Below, piece by piece: positions 17,959 through 27,882 of a stretch of DNA of 64,000 bases (position 1 is its first letter; each line of letters begins with the position of its first letter). The position numbers and the translations under genes were made by a program. This DNA is from an uncultured Rickettsiales bacterium (GTDB lineage Bacteria; Pseudomonadota; Alphaproteobacteria; Rickettsiales; SXRF01). The stretch covers positions 206,922 through 270,921 of the forward strand of contig CAYOOP010000001.1 in NCBI GenBank assembly GCA_964405685.1, in the 5' to 3' direction. Below the pieces are notes generated by a model, which was given only the letters and a program-made list of their open reading frames with translations, did not search any database and was not told where the DNA came from.

Positions 17959-20900
17959 CTAGAACGACGAGCGTCTTACTTCAATTCCCGCATCACCGGA
18001 GGAAGAAGGCACAATCACCGGCGTGGTCGAGAACACCGGAACGCTATTGTTTTGCAGCACGATCATCTGCGGTGAGCTATAGGTCCAAATGGTGTAGGAA
18101 GAACGCACGCTCAACACTGGCATATCGGTCAGCTCGTAACTATCCGTGCCCCCGTCAGCGTGCGGGTTATTAGACGTTGGCGAGTTGTTAAGCACTTGCG
18201 AAACGTGGCTGAATGTCTCAGGTAGCACCGCTTTCACACGCAGCATGCCGTCAACATAGGAGATCAGATAATTGGTCGCCGTCGCACCCGAAGCATTGAT
18301 CACATAATACCCCGGCAATGAAAGATCATTCGCAGCGGTAGTGAAAACAAGGCCACTGACAACGGCCGACGAATCGCCATTGGTGAGTCCACTATATTGC
18401 GCGGTAAAGCTTGGGTTCGATTCGCCCATGTTACGTCTGGCGTTATCCACCGCAATCGTAAGCGCGGCTGGATCAATCACGAAACAATTGGTACAGGTGG
18501 AATACGACAAGGAATAGGTTGCACCCATGCCCGAAGCTAGGGCTAACGTACCCTGCGTAACGTTATACGAACCCACGTTTTCACCTGCCGTGCGCGAGAG
18601 CAAGCCGGTTAATACCGTGCCTGCCGAATCGCCACTTAGGAAACTGCCGCTGACGCTGTAGGTCAGCGTCGGATCGCTCGCACCATAGGTTTTGTGCAGT
18701 GTATTTGCCGTCACCGTAATCACAATCAGGCTCACAGCTGAGCTATACACCCATGTGTTCTGCGTCGCGCTATAGGTCGCAGCAATGATTGCGCCGGGTG
18801 CCAAGGTTCCGTAGGTTTCACCACTAATTGTTTGCGCAGCGGTTAACCCACCTGCCGTATCCGACCCGGCGCTCGTCGAATAAATAATCCAACGGCCTGT
18901 GCCCGGAGCAAGCGTGTAGTTGCCAGAGTTGCTGAAATTGCCTGCCGAAGCCAGCACGATCGCGTTGCCCGCGCCGGTCGCCGTTAAATTACCACCAAGG
19001 CTGATGTTACCACTGGTCGTCGTGCGTGCGTTAATACTGGTTGCGCCGGTGATCACCGGCAGGGTAATATTACCGCTCGTGCTGGTTGCCGTGAAGGAGT
19101 GACCGTTCATATCGGTCGTACCCGTACCCGCGGTGATGTTACCGCTGTTAGTAAGAATGCTTAAATTCTGACCCCAGGTGACGGCATCAAGCGTTACGTT
19201 ACCCGTCAGCGACGATTTACCAACCACCACCGAGCTTGCGCGCGTAATCGCACCCAGCATCGCCGTCGTTAGATTCAAATCAGAAGACGTGCCGCCAATA
19301 TCAATCGTGGTGGCGTTGCTGCGCGGTGCAAAGGTGACGGTGCCGCTGGTATTGATGATTGCACCGTCCCAGTTTGCGGTATCAACGTTAAAGGTATAGT
19401 TGCCCGTTGCGTTCGCGCCACCAATGTATACCGTACCGGTGACGTAGAAATCTCTCGTGCCACTTGCGCCAGTAGCCGTGAAATTAACGGCACCATTGCC
19501 CGTAGTATAAACACCGCTACCGGTCGTGGAATAGGAAATACCGTTGTTACCGGTGCCCGTGCCATCGCCACCTACGCCAGTAATGTTAATGGCACCACGC
19601 TCTGAGTAGATGGCGGCGGTGCCACCGATTTCAACACCATAGCTGTTGCCCGTGCTCGAACTGCCGCCTATGCCGCTGATCGTAATCGTACCGTCCTGAT
19701 CCGCAATGATACTGGAAGTTCCTTGAACCGTAACACCTTTATGGTCCCCGCCCGAAAGACCGGTACCCTTTATCCAGATATTACCGCTTGCGCCACCCGA
19801 CTTACGCACGTCAAGCGTGCTATTTGTGATCAATACGCCGGGGCTGAGTGCCGTACTGCCCAGCGCGCCTGTGCCGTTGCCTACAGGGTCGGTACCGCCG
19901 CCCGCGATGATGCTGCCGCCATTGGTTGCAATGCTTGAACTGTTAATGAAGATAGCACCAGGAGAGCTCGGGGTGGCACTGTTGGCATTCGTCCTAAGCG
20001 TTACATTCACCGACGATGTACCATAGAAAGTGAGATTTGAGTTATTAAACCCAAGGTCGCCTCTTAGCGTTTTAATCGTCAGGTCTCCGCCCAGCTGGGC
20101 GAAGTCCGTCAAGTAATACGCCAGGAAACCATACACACCATCGGTGCCCGCGGTCGCCGTAATATCCAGTTTACCACCGGTGGTTTGGAAAATCGGCACG
20201 GTACTGGTATTGATCATGGAGACGCCTCGGCTCTCACTGTTCGTACCGTAGCCGACGCCCACAAGTGTAATATCACCCGCTTCGGTAGAAATATAGCCTG
20301 TAACAGAAGTGAACTGGATACCTTTATTACCGTTACCTCCCGTGCCTGCATAAGTACCAAGTAAGGTGACCGTGCCGCTATAGTTGGTTTTAAGAATCGC
20401 GCCGGCCTGCAGATTGATAGCATAGCTGTTGCTTGCGTTGTTCGTATAGTTCACAGCTTTAATCCAGATATTACCGCCACTGGCAGTACCGCTCGTATCA
20501 ATCGTAGCACCCAAAATATTGACTAAACCCGTTCCCGTATTGTTACCAAACGGATCGGTACCACCGCCGATGTAGACATAACCACCACCCGTGGTAATAC
20601 CACCGTTAGAGAGAGAAATAATACTTGTGCTGGCTGGGCTCACGACGTTGTAATCCGCTTGCAGCACAACATTGATAAGCGCGGTGCCGGCAGCTCTAAC
20701 GATGGTGCTATTGCTGAAGCTCATACCGCCAAGGCTATAAATATTGGGGTCACTGCCTGCCGTGATCGTCGTCCCAATAATACTAAGCCCGTTTGCGGTT
20801 GCAGCGCCCGCAATACCCGTCAGCGTAATGCCGCCCGTATTAGCGGTTGTCAAAGCACCCGTGCCGGAGGTGGAGATACCATAAGAAGTTGTGCCGGTCG

Positions 20901-23900
20901 CATAGCCCGTACCCTTAATCCAGATGCTGCCCGTCCCCACACTAAGCGCAGAACTCACGAGAGAAACGCCCGAAACGCTTGCAGAGTTACCTACCGCACC
21001 GGTGTTATTACCATACGGATCCGTACCACCGCCGATGCGGATCCAACCGCCGTTGGTGGTGATGTTGGTTGTAGTAAGTGTGATCGCGCCATCCGTCGGC
21101 GTCGCCGAGTTCATGTCCGATTGCAAGAGTACGTTCGGCGTAGCGCCGCCGGTATAGGTAATATTGGTTTTGGTCAGGCCGATATTTTTGCTGCTTTTGA
21201 GGATCACATCACCGCCGGCCTGAATCCAGTCGCCCGCAGTCGAGCTGGTGCTAAAGATACCTGCGGTTGAGGTGCCGCCCACTGTGCCCGAAAGCGTGAT
21301 CGTACCGCTGGTCGTGGTCAAATACGGCACCGTTGCACCACCGTTAAACGACAGACCGTAACCGCCCGTGGAGCTACCCGCGCCTGTACCCGTCAGTAAG
21401 ATATTACCCGAAGCCGTCGAGATATAGTTGGTGTTCACACCGGTCACATACACACCGACGTTACCCGTCGTACCTGCGCCACCCGTACCGGTTACCGTAA
21501 TGTTACCGCTGTTATTGGTAATAAGCTTACTGGTTGATTGAATTTGTACACCGTAGTTGTTGGTGGTACCCGCATAGCCGGTACCTTTAATCCAGATGTC
21601 ACCGCCCGTACCCGTGCCGCTCGCATTCAATTCGGCAGCGTTTAAATTCACACCGATCACTGTACCGGAAACACCCACCGCACCCGTACTATTACCGTAC
21701 GGGTCCGTACCGCCGCCGATTCTGATCCAACCGCCGTTGGTCGTGATGTTGGTGGTAGTCAGCACGATCGCACCGGCGCTCGGTGTTGCCGAATTCATGT
21801 CCGATTGCAAGAGTACGTTTGGCGTCGCACTACCGCTATAAGTAATATGGGTTTTAGTCAGGCTGATATTCTGGCTACTTTTGATAATCACGTTGCCACC
21901 CGCCTGAATCCAATCACCCGCCGTGGTGCTAGTGCTAAATACACCCACGCCCGACGTGCCACCTGCCGTACCGCTCAGCGTGATCGTACCGCCGGTGGTT
22001 CTTAAATACGGCACCGTTGCACCACCGTTAAACGACAGACCGTAGCCGCCCGTGGAGCTACCCGCGCCCGTACCCGTCAGTAAAATATTACCCGAAGCAG
22101 TCGAGATATAGTTGGTGTTCACACCGGTCACATAAATACCGACGTTACCCGTCGTACCCGCGCCACCCGTACCCGTTACGGTGATATTGCCGCTGTTATT
22201 GGTAATAAGCTTACTGGTTGATTGAATTTGTACACCATAGTTGTTGGTGGTGCCCGCATAGCCGGTACCTTTAATCCAGATGTCACCGCCCGTTGCACCG
22301 CTGCCGCCCGCATTCAATTCGGCAGCGTTTAAGTTTACACCAGACGTGACGCCGGATGTGCCCACGGCGCCCGTATTATTGCCAATCATATCTGTACCCG
22401 CACCGATGCGGATATAACCACCATTGGTAGTAATATTAGATGTGGTAAGGACAATTGGTGCAGCGGTTGGTGTAGCCGATGTATATTGCCCATCAAGAAG
22501 CACGTTCGTTGCAACGCCCGAAGCATTGGCGATATTGGCGTTCGTCAAATTGATGCCGCCGCCGCTATAGAGGAGCACGCCGCCCGAACCACCGATGATC
22601 GCATCCGCTTGGGTGGTATTATTGAAATAAATACCGCTCACCGTACCCGCACCTTGAATACCGGTTAACGTTACGCTAGCCGTACCCGAAGTCATGAACT
22701 TGGCGCCAGAGGCGGTGTTGATACCCCAAGAACTTGCACCCGTCGCATAGCCGGTACCTTTCAGCCAGATGCTGGCGCCGCCCGCATTGAGCGTGGAAGC
22801 ACTCACCTTAATACCCACAACGTTGGTTGCACTGCCGATAGCACCGGTATTATTGCCGTACGGATCCGTACCACCACCCGCACGGATCCATCCGCCGTTG
22901 GTCGTAATATTAGAGGTATCAATGACGATCGCACCCACCGTCGGTGTTGCCGAGTTCATATCTGATTGCAGCAATACATTCGGAGCAGCGCTTCCGGTAT
23001 AGGTGATATTGGTTTTAAGCAGCATGATGTCTTTGCTACTTTTAATGATGACGTCGCCGCCGGCCTGAATCCAGTCGCCCGCCGTCGTGCTGGTGGTAAA
23101 TACACCGGTAGTCGATGTACCACCCACCGTACCCGAAAGCGTAATCGTACCGCTGGTCGTGGTCAGATATGGCACCGTTGCACCACCATTGAATGAGAGA
23201 CCGTAGCCGCCCGTGGAGCTACCCGCGCCCGTACCCGTCAGTAAAATATTACCCGAAGCAGTCGAGATATAGTTGGTGTTCACACCGGTCACATAAATAC
23301 CGACGTTACCCGTCGTACCATTACCACCGAGACCAGTAAGGGTAATACCGTTGCTACCGGTCGTAATTAATTTCGCCGCCGTACCCAGGTTAATACCATA
23401 GGCGTTCGTGGTGCTCGCCAAACCTTGACCGCGAATGGTAATGCTGCCGCTGCCGGCGTTAAGCGTGGCGTTGGCAATCGTCACACCCGCCGTCTGACCC
23501 GCGATACCGACCGCATAACCGGTCGTTAAGTTGTTACTACCGCCAATGACGATGTTACCACCCGTCGTCGTCAGATCCGCAGCCACAGAAACGTACCCGG
23601 CCGTGCCGTTGGCGTTGCGCGAACCGAGAGTGATATTACCGCTCGTCAGTGTAATCGCGGCGCTCACCGTAATGTGGCGGTACGCCGAAAGGGTGAGTGA
23701 ACCCGTACCCGTCGTTGTGATCGCGGTGCTCACCGTAATGTCGCCATTACCGGCAAATGCGTCACCACCGGTGGTGATCGTCACGTTGGTGCCGGCATCG
23801 AGCAACCCAGCGACGATGCCTGCATTCACCTCAGATGCCGTAGCCGCTGGTACAAAGTTCGGGCTGCCGGTGGCGGTGGTTACGTTACCGTTGATGGTGA

Positions 23901-25221
23901 TACTCGCCGGGTCGAGCAACCATTCACCGCGGCGTCCATTGCGTGATGTCGCGCTTACCGTACCATACGCCTGCAAAATATTTTTACCCGAGGTCTCGCC
24001 GAAACCACCGTCGCCGGTGTGACCCAGCGCATTGATCTCAATCGCGCCGCTGAAGTTGGTATAGTTATCCGCCCAGACGATGACTTTACCGCCATTACCC
24101 GAAGTAATTGCGTTGGCCTGAATCAACGTGCCGGATTGGACGATGGTCGCCAGCGACGTCGGCACCGTGCCGTGCCCTTGATAGTCGCCGCCGATTAGCA
24201 CCGTACCGCCACCTGCATCACCCGAAGCGTTAATGCGCGCGCCAGTTAAAATCGCAATGTTATCGCCAAAAATGCTGACCTTACCGCCGGTCTCCCCTGC
24301 ATTCATGCCGCTCACATCGAGCGAGCCGGAAACGAGCACTGTGCTGTTGCCGCTTTTGTTTGTATGGTTCGCACCTTCAGCGGAAATAATAATCTCGCCA
24401 TTTCGAACACCCACGCTGCGCGCTTTCAGCGAACCTTGCACTTCGATCAGGCTGTTGACCACGTTGCGCCCCGCCGCTGCCGTCAGTGCAATTTGTCCAC
24501 CGTCAGCTTCAATCGTTCCGGTGTTGCGTACGAGTTGCGAGGTCACCGCATCACTCACCGCTACTTCCATCAAGCCATCGCCGTAGAGGTCGAGCGTAAA
24601 GCTATCACCACTGGCAAGCTGGACCTTGCCCAGCTTTGCAGTAATGACACCGGAGTTGATAACGTTCGGTGCCACGAGGCCAACCAAGCCCGCATCTTTC
24701 GCGCTAATCGTACCTTCGTTGATGATGCTGGCGTTCGGATTGCCGGGCGTGGTGAAGTGAATATTCCCACCGGCCATGAAATCGTTGTTATCAACGTCGG
24801 AGGTGGTCGCGACCAAGCCGTTGACGTCTACCTGGCTCCCCGCAACAAACACCACACCGTTGGGGTTGATCAGGATGACGTTGCCGTTGGCGGTTAGCGT
24901 ACCCATAATTCGCGATGGGTCGCTGCTGCTCACACGGTTGATGGCAATTGCGCTCGACGACGGTTGGTAGAAGCGCGTGGTTTCACCGATCTCAATATCG
25001 AAGCTGCGCCAGTCGATCACCGCGCGGTTGGAGGATTGATTGACTTCGAGCACGCTGCCCGATTCGCTGATCGTCGCCGAACCCGCAGCAACAACACCGC
25101 CAGTCGGGTTCGCATAGGTCAGCGACGAAAACGCGCACAGCGCCGCAAGCGGGATCGCCGTCGGCATGCTGACGAGAAAACGATGTTTAATAATCTTTAT
25201 CAAAATGAGCCCTTTAGGCAC
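17959..25221 (-). CDS. Two-partner-secretion exoprotein (TpsA; filamentous haemagglutinin family), 2420 aa
   Basis: The N-terminal TPS domain reads NPTGGVVAAGSATI...NRAVIDWRSFDI...ILINPNGVVF. A long Gly/Thr/Asn-rich beta-helix repeat region follows. C-terminal MBG-type repeats are present (TYGASDPTLTYSVSG...SRTAGENVGSYNV). Confidence 0.92.
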   Translation of the reverse strand: MPKGLILIKIIKHRFLVSMPTAIPLAALCAFSSLTYANPTGGVVAAGSATISESGSVLEVNQSSNRAVIDWRSFDIEIGETTRFYQPSSSAIAINRVSSSDPSRIMGTLTANGNVILINPNGVVFVAGSQVDVNGLVATTSDVDNNDFMAGGNIHFTTPGNPNASIINEGTISAKDAGLVGLVAPNVINSGVITAKLGKVQLASGDSFTLDLYGDGLMEVAVSDAVTSQLVRNTGTIEADGGQIALTAAAGRNVVNSLIEVQGSLKARSVGVRNGEIIISAEGANHTNKSGNSTVLVSGSLDVSGMNAGETGGKVSIFGDNIAILTGARINASGDAGGGTVLIGGDYQGHGTVPTSLATIVQSGTLIQANAITSGNGGKVIVWADNYTNFSGAIEINALGHTGDGGFGETSGKNILQAYGTVSATSRNGRRGEWLLDPASITINGNVTTATGSPNFVPAATASEVNAGIVAGLLDAGTNVTITTGGDAFAGNGDITVSTAITTTGTGSLTLSAYRHITVSAAITLTSGNITLGSRNANGTAGYVSVAADLTTTGGNIVIGGSNNLTTGYAVGIAGQTAGVTIANATLNAGSGSITIRGQGLASTTNAYGINLGTAAKLITTGSNGITLTGLGGNGTTGNVGIYVTGVNTNYISTASGNILLTGTGAGSSTGGYGLSFNGGATVPYLTTTSGTITLSGTVGGTSTTGVFTTSTTAGDWIQAGGDVIIKSSKDIMLLKTNITYTGSAAPNVLLQSDMNSATPTVGAIVIDTSNITTNGGWIRAGGGTDPYGNNTGAIGSATNVVGIKVSASTLNAGGASIWLKGTGYATGASSWGINTASGAKFMTSGTASVTLTGIQGAGTVSGIYFNNTTQADAIIGGSGGVLLYSGGGINLTNANIANASGVATNVLLDGQYTSATPTAAPIVLTTSNITTNGGYIRIGAGTDMIGNNTGAVGTSGVTSGVNLNAAELNAGGSGATGGDIWIKGTGYAGTTNNYGVQIQSTSKLITNNSGNITVTGTGGAGTTGNVGIYVTGVNTNYISTASGNILLTGTGAGSSTGGYGLSFNGGATVPYLRTTGGTITLSGTAGGTSGVGVFSTSTTAGDWIQAGGNVIIKSSQNISLTKTHITYSGSATPNVLLQSDMNSATPSAGAIVLTTTNITTNGGWIRIGGGTDPYGNSTGAVGVSGTVIGVNLNAAELNASGTGTGGDIWIKGTGYAGTTNNYGVQIQSTSKLITNNSGNITVTGTGGAGTTGNVGVYVTGVNTNYISTASGNILLTGTGAGSSTGGYGLSFNGGATVPYLTTTSGTITLSGTVGGTSTAGIFSTSSTAGDWIQAGGDVILKSSKNIGLTKTNITYTGGATPNVLLQSDMNSATPTDGAITLTTTNITTNGGWIRIGGGTDPYGNNTGAVGNSASVSGVSLVSSALSVGTGSIWIKGTGYATGTTSYGISTSGTGALTTANTGGITLTGIAGAATANGLSIIGTTITAGSDPNIYSLGGMSFSNSTIVRAAGTALINVVLQADYNVVSPASTSIISLSNGGITTGGGYVYIGGGTDPFGNNTGTGLVNILGATIDTSGTASGGNIWIKAVNYTNNASNSYAINLQAGAILKTNYSGTVTLLGTYAGTGGNGNKGIQFTSVTGYISTEAGDITLVGVGYGTNSESRGVSMINTSTVPIFQTTGGKLDITATAGTDGVYGFLAYYLTDFAQLGGDLTIKTLRGDLGFNNSNLTFYGTSSVNVTLRTNANSATPSSPGAIFINSSSIATNGGSIIAGGGTDPVGNGTGALGSTALSPGVLITNSTLDVRKSGGASGNIWIKGTGLSGGDHKGVTVQGTSSIIADQDGTITISGIGGSSSTGNSYGVEIGGTAAIYSERGAINITGVGGDGTGTGNNGISYSTTGSGVYTTGNGAVNFTATGASGTRDFYVTGTVYIGGANATGNYTFNVDTANWDGAIINTSGTVTFAPRSNATTIDIGGTSSDLNLTTAMLGAITRASSVVVGKSSLTGNVTLDAVTWGQNLSILTNSGNITAGTGTTDMNGHSFTATSTSGNITLPVITGATSINARTTTSGNISLGGNLTATGAGNAIVLASAGNFSNSGNYTLAPGTGRWIIYSTSAGSDTAGGLTAAQTISGETYGTLAPGAIIAATYSATQNTWVYSSAVSLIVITVTANTLHKTYGASDPTLTYSVSGSFLSGDSAGTVLTGLLSRTAGENVGSYNVTQGTLALASGMGATYSLSYSTCTNCFVIDPAALTIAVDNARRNMGESNPSFTAQYSGLTNGDSSAVVSGLVFTTAANDLSLPGYYVINASGATATNYLISYVDGMLRVKAVLPETFSHVSQVLNNSPTSNNPHADGGTDSYELTDMPVLSVRSSYTIWTYSSPQMIVLQNNSVPVFSTTPVIVPSSSGDAGIEVRRSSF
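19800..23350 (-). repeat. Internal tandem coding repeats of tpsA (approximate bounds)
   Basis: The module ITTNGGxIRxGGGTDPxGNxTGAxG...IWIKGTGYA recurs six times at a spacing of about 460-680 nt. Three stretches are nearly identical at the DNA level: about 21325-21610, 22005-22290 and 23165-23320. Confidence 0.75.
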
Positions 25222-25278
25222 GTCGTTGATTAATAATTATACGATTCTTGTCTAAAGGAAGAATTAACGGCTAAGCGC

Positions 25279-26967
25279 CTAGAATCCCTGAGAAATTTGC
25301 ACTAAAATCCTCGGAGATCCAGGATTCCCCCCATAAATAGGGGTTGCAATGTCGCGTGTCAAAGGCCAGGCCAGCGCGAGATTGGCCGACATATCCCAAC
25401 TTGAAAATAACCTTGTGCCAAATCCGGCCGAGGCACCAGATGCTTTTTTGGTTTGCCCTTCATCGAGATTCCAAACTTTGCCGATATCGTAAAACACATA
25501 CGGCATCATTCCAACGGGTGAGAAGTCGCTAATTCCACCATACCGCAATTCGACCATCGCATTGACGCCCTGATCACCACTTAATTCATACGTATCATAC
25601 GCACGCCCAAACACCGAACCGCCATAGCCAAATTCTTCTGACGAATACATCGGCATAGTGGTGTATTGCCCTCTCACCACGCCAAGCAGCGACCAATTAT
25701 CCGCAACACGTTGGTTTCGAGAGAGAGACATTTCTCCCTTGGTAAAATCCGGGTGGGCATGCTCGCGCGAAATATACAGATCGCGTTCCTTGCTCGCACC
25801 CAGCCCATCAATCCCCCTCACAATATCCAGATTAAAAATAGACGTGCCGTCCCACTGATCCGACAAATCATAGGCCAGATTGAAATCCAAAACGCGCGTG
25901 TGATCGCGCGTGAGCGGAGAATTGGAAATATCACTACGCGTGTTGTCACTTTCATACGATAGTTTGACCGCCAAATTTTCCTGCCGCTGGCGAATAAGTT
26001 GATAGTGCAGCCCCACCCCAAAACCATAGGTTTTGCTATCGATCATCAAGTTTTCCAAGTGGTAGCCCGGCAGCGCGTGCACGGTGTGGCCTTGCAGGTC
26101 TAACGTCAGGTCCGGGTAGATCGCAACCTTGTGTTCAATATTCGCATGTTTCAGTTCTTTTTTTGGTAAGCTGCTGAGCCCCGAAATGGTGGTATTATGC
26201 ATCGGCAAAAAACTGGTGTTGTAAGAGGTCGCGGCTTCATTAGGGCCCAAATAGCGCGAGCCATAGTTATCAAACGATAGGCTGCCACGGCTGTCTTGCT
26301 TGCTCGCAACCAACGTCATGTTCACAGCACCTTCGTCAGCGTCCTTCAGCAGTGATAAAACCGCGCGAAATGACAGCCCCGGCAAATCGTTCATCCTAAG
26401 CAACATGCTTTCTACATTTTGTGACGTCACCGGCCGCTCCGCCAAAATGCGGTCTATGTAATGCTGCACAATCGCATTGGGCTCATACGGACCCTCGACA
26501 TCAATGTGACCAATGTACCCCTCAATCACCTGAATATGAATAATGCCCTCTTTCACCGTCTGCGGCGGCACGAACGCGCGTGATAAAAAATAGCCCGCGT
26601 CTTGGTAACGTTTAGTAATAGCAGACGCCACTTCCCACGCAAAAGCCAGTTTCACATTGTGGCCAATTTTATCGTGGTAGAGCGCCTCAAACTCTTTCGC
26701 ATCAAACACCGTTAAGCCTTCAATCTGAATGCCATTGAGAATCAGATCAATCGTCTTGGCTTGTTCCGGAACATCGTTTGCAATCGCCGCTTCGGGAATG
26801 GGTGCCGCCATGTCCGCGCCGTGATCAAACACGGGTTTGCGATCTTCGGGTCGGATGTGCGCAGCATCCGCCGAATCCGGTATCACCACCGGCGGCACCG
26901 CACGCGCAGGCAGCGGCAGCACACACGCCGCCAGCACCAACCACCCCCATTTCCGTCGCAAGAGCAT
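25279..26967 (-). CDS. ShlB/FhaC/HecB family outer-membrane TpsB transporter
   Basis: A signal peptide is present. The POTRA pattern reads IQIEGLTVFDAKEFEALY...YQDAGYFLSRAFVPPQTVKEGIIHIQVIEGYIGHIDVEG. The C-terminal beta-barrel ends in F. Confidence 0.9.
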   Translation of the reverse strand: MLLRRKWGWLVLAACVLPLPARAVPPVVIPDSADAAHIRPEDRKPVFDHGADMAAPIPEAAIANDVPEQAKTIDLILNGIQIEGLTVFDAKEFEALYHDKIGHNVKLAFAWEVASAITKRYQDAGYFLSRAFVPPQTVKEGIIHIQVIEGYIGHIDVEGPYEPNAIVQHYIDRILAERPVTSQNVESMLLRMNDLPGLSFRAVLSLLKDADEGAVNMTLVASKQDSRGSLSFDNYGSRYLGPNEAATSYNTSFLPMHNTTISGLSSLPKKELKHANIEHKVAIYPDLTLDLQGHTVHALPGYHLENLMIDSKTYGFGVGLHYQLIRQRQENLAVKLSYESDNTRSDISNSPLTRDHTRVLDFNLAYDLSDQWDGTSIFNLDIVRGIDGLGASKERDLYISREHAHPDFTKGEMSLSRNQRVADNWSLLGVVRGQYTTMPMYSSEEFGYGGSVFGRAYDTYELSGDQGVNAMVELRYGGISDFSPVGMMPYVFYDIGKVWNLDEGQTKKASGASAGFGTRLFSSWDMSANLALAWPLTRDIATPIYGGNPGSPRILVQISQGF

Positions 26968-27214
26968 ACTACCCCTATTTTACAAACGAGGAAAATTAAC
27001 CTAAATCGATAGAAAAATCATTCAATAAGATGAGGTTTTGGGGGGATTTTATGCGTGTGTGGCTATTACGTCTGTTGAGACCCAGTAAGTTCACAGCTAC
27101 CAGTCCCACTACGCTACTTCGTAGCTTCGAGGGACACTCCTATGCCCAAGATGCGGTTCCGTGCGTCTTCCGCCAAGTGGCGTAAGCCACCCGAAGCCCG
27201 AGAGGTGCGTAGGG

Positions 27215-27290
27215 TGGTGCCGCTTGTCGGATTCGAACCAACGACCTACGGTTTACAAAACCGTTGCTCTACCAGCTGAGCTAAAGCGGC
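27215..27290 (-). tRNA. tRNA-Thr (anticodon UGU)
   Basis: The reverse complement GCCGCTTTAGCTCAGCTGGTAGAGCAACGGTTTTGTAAACCGTAGGTCGTTGGTTCGAATCCGACAAGCGGCACCA folds as a 76-nt cloverleaf. It has a 7-bp acceptor stem, a GTTCGAAT T-loop, the anticodon loop TTTGTAA and an encoded CCA. Confidence 0.93.
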
Positions 27291-27299
27291 ATGGGGCAA

Positions 27300-27773
27300 T
27301 TATTTATACACAACTTTCAGCACTTCGTAATCCTTGGTGCCTTTGGGGGTTTTAACCTCGACGCCATCACCCACTTTTTTGCCAATCATCGCACGGGCCA
27401 TAGGAGCGCTGATGGAAATGCGGCCTTGTTTGATGTCCGCCTCATAGTCACCGACGATTTGATAGGTCACCTCTTCCTCGGTTTCTTCATCTACGAGCGT
27501 CACGGTCGCGCCAAACACCACCTTGTCGCCCTTGATCGCCGACACGTCAATCACATCGGCGCGCGAAATCGCCGCTTCCAAATCTTTGATGCGTCCCTCG
27601 ATGAAACTTTGTTTTTCCTTCGCCGCCGAATATTCAGCATTTTCAGAGAGATCGCCATGCGCACGCGCCTCGGCAATCGCTGCAATCACGTTCTGGCGGT
27701 CGACGCTTTTCAACTGCTTTAGCTCCGCCTCAATCTGGGCGAGGCCTCGCGTGGTAATCGGTATTTTATCCAT
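27300..27773 (-). CDS. greA: Transcription elongation factor GreA
   Basis: MDKIPITTRGLAQIEAELKQLK...AHGDLSENAEYSAAKE. Confidence 0.95.
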   Translation of the reverse strand: MDKIPITTRGLAQIEAELKQLKSVDRQNVIAAIAEARAHGDLSENAEYSAAKEKQSFIEGRIKDLEAAISRADVIDVSAIKGDKVVFGATVTLVDEETEEEVTYQIVGDYEADIKQGRISISAPMARAMIGKKVGDGVEVKTPKGTKDYEVLKVVYK

Positions 27774-27882
27774 AGACTTTCACTCAAAAAAATCGCTCAA
27801 GGAAAGCTCCTTAAGCGGTTTTCAAACCATATTCCTGCACGCCTCATGCGTCAAGGCCTTTGGCGATAATAAAGGCCAAATG

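Noticed and set aside
17959-18400. TpsA as a contact-dependent inhibition (CdiA) toxin with a downstream immunity gene.
   Set aside because: No VENN or pre-toxin motif is present in the C-terminal region. The tail is Ser/Thr/Pro-rich after the MBG modules. The next ORF is a 428-aa membrane hydrolase-like protein, not a small immunity-type gene.
19800-23350. A possible CRISPR or non-coding tandem array suggested by strong periodic repeats and by many plus-strand ORFs with recurring PPLVVMLVVV peptides.
   Set aside because: The repeats are 460-680 nt long and lie in frame within the continuous 2420-codon tpsA ORF. They lack unique spacers. The plus-strand ORFs are antisense artefacts of the repeat.
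26968-27214. An integrase, prophage or transposase associated with the tRNA-Thr-bounded accessory block.
   Set aside because: No ORF with recombinase, transposase or phage signatures is present anywhere in 7073-27214. I did not spot a direct repeat of the tRNA 3' end by eye. The island status therefore remains an inference from synteny and composition only.
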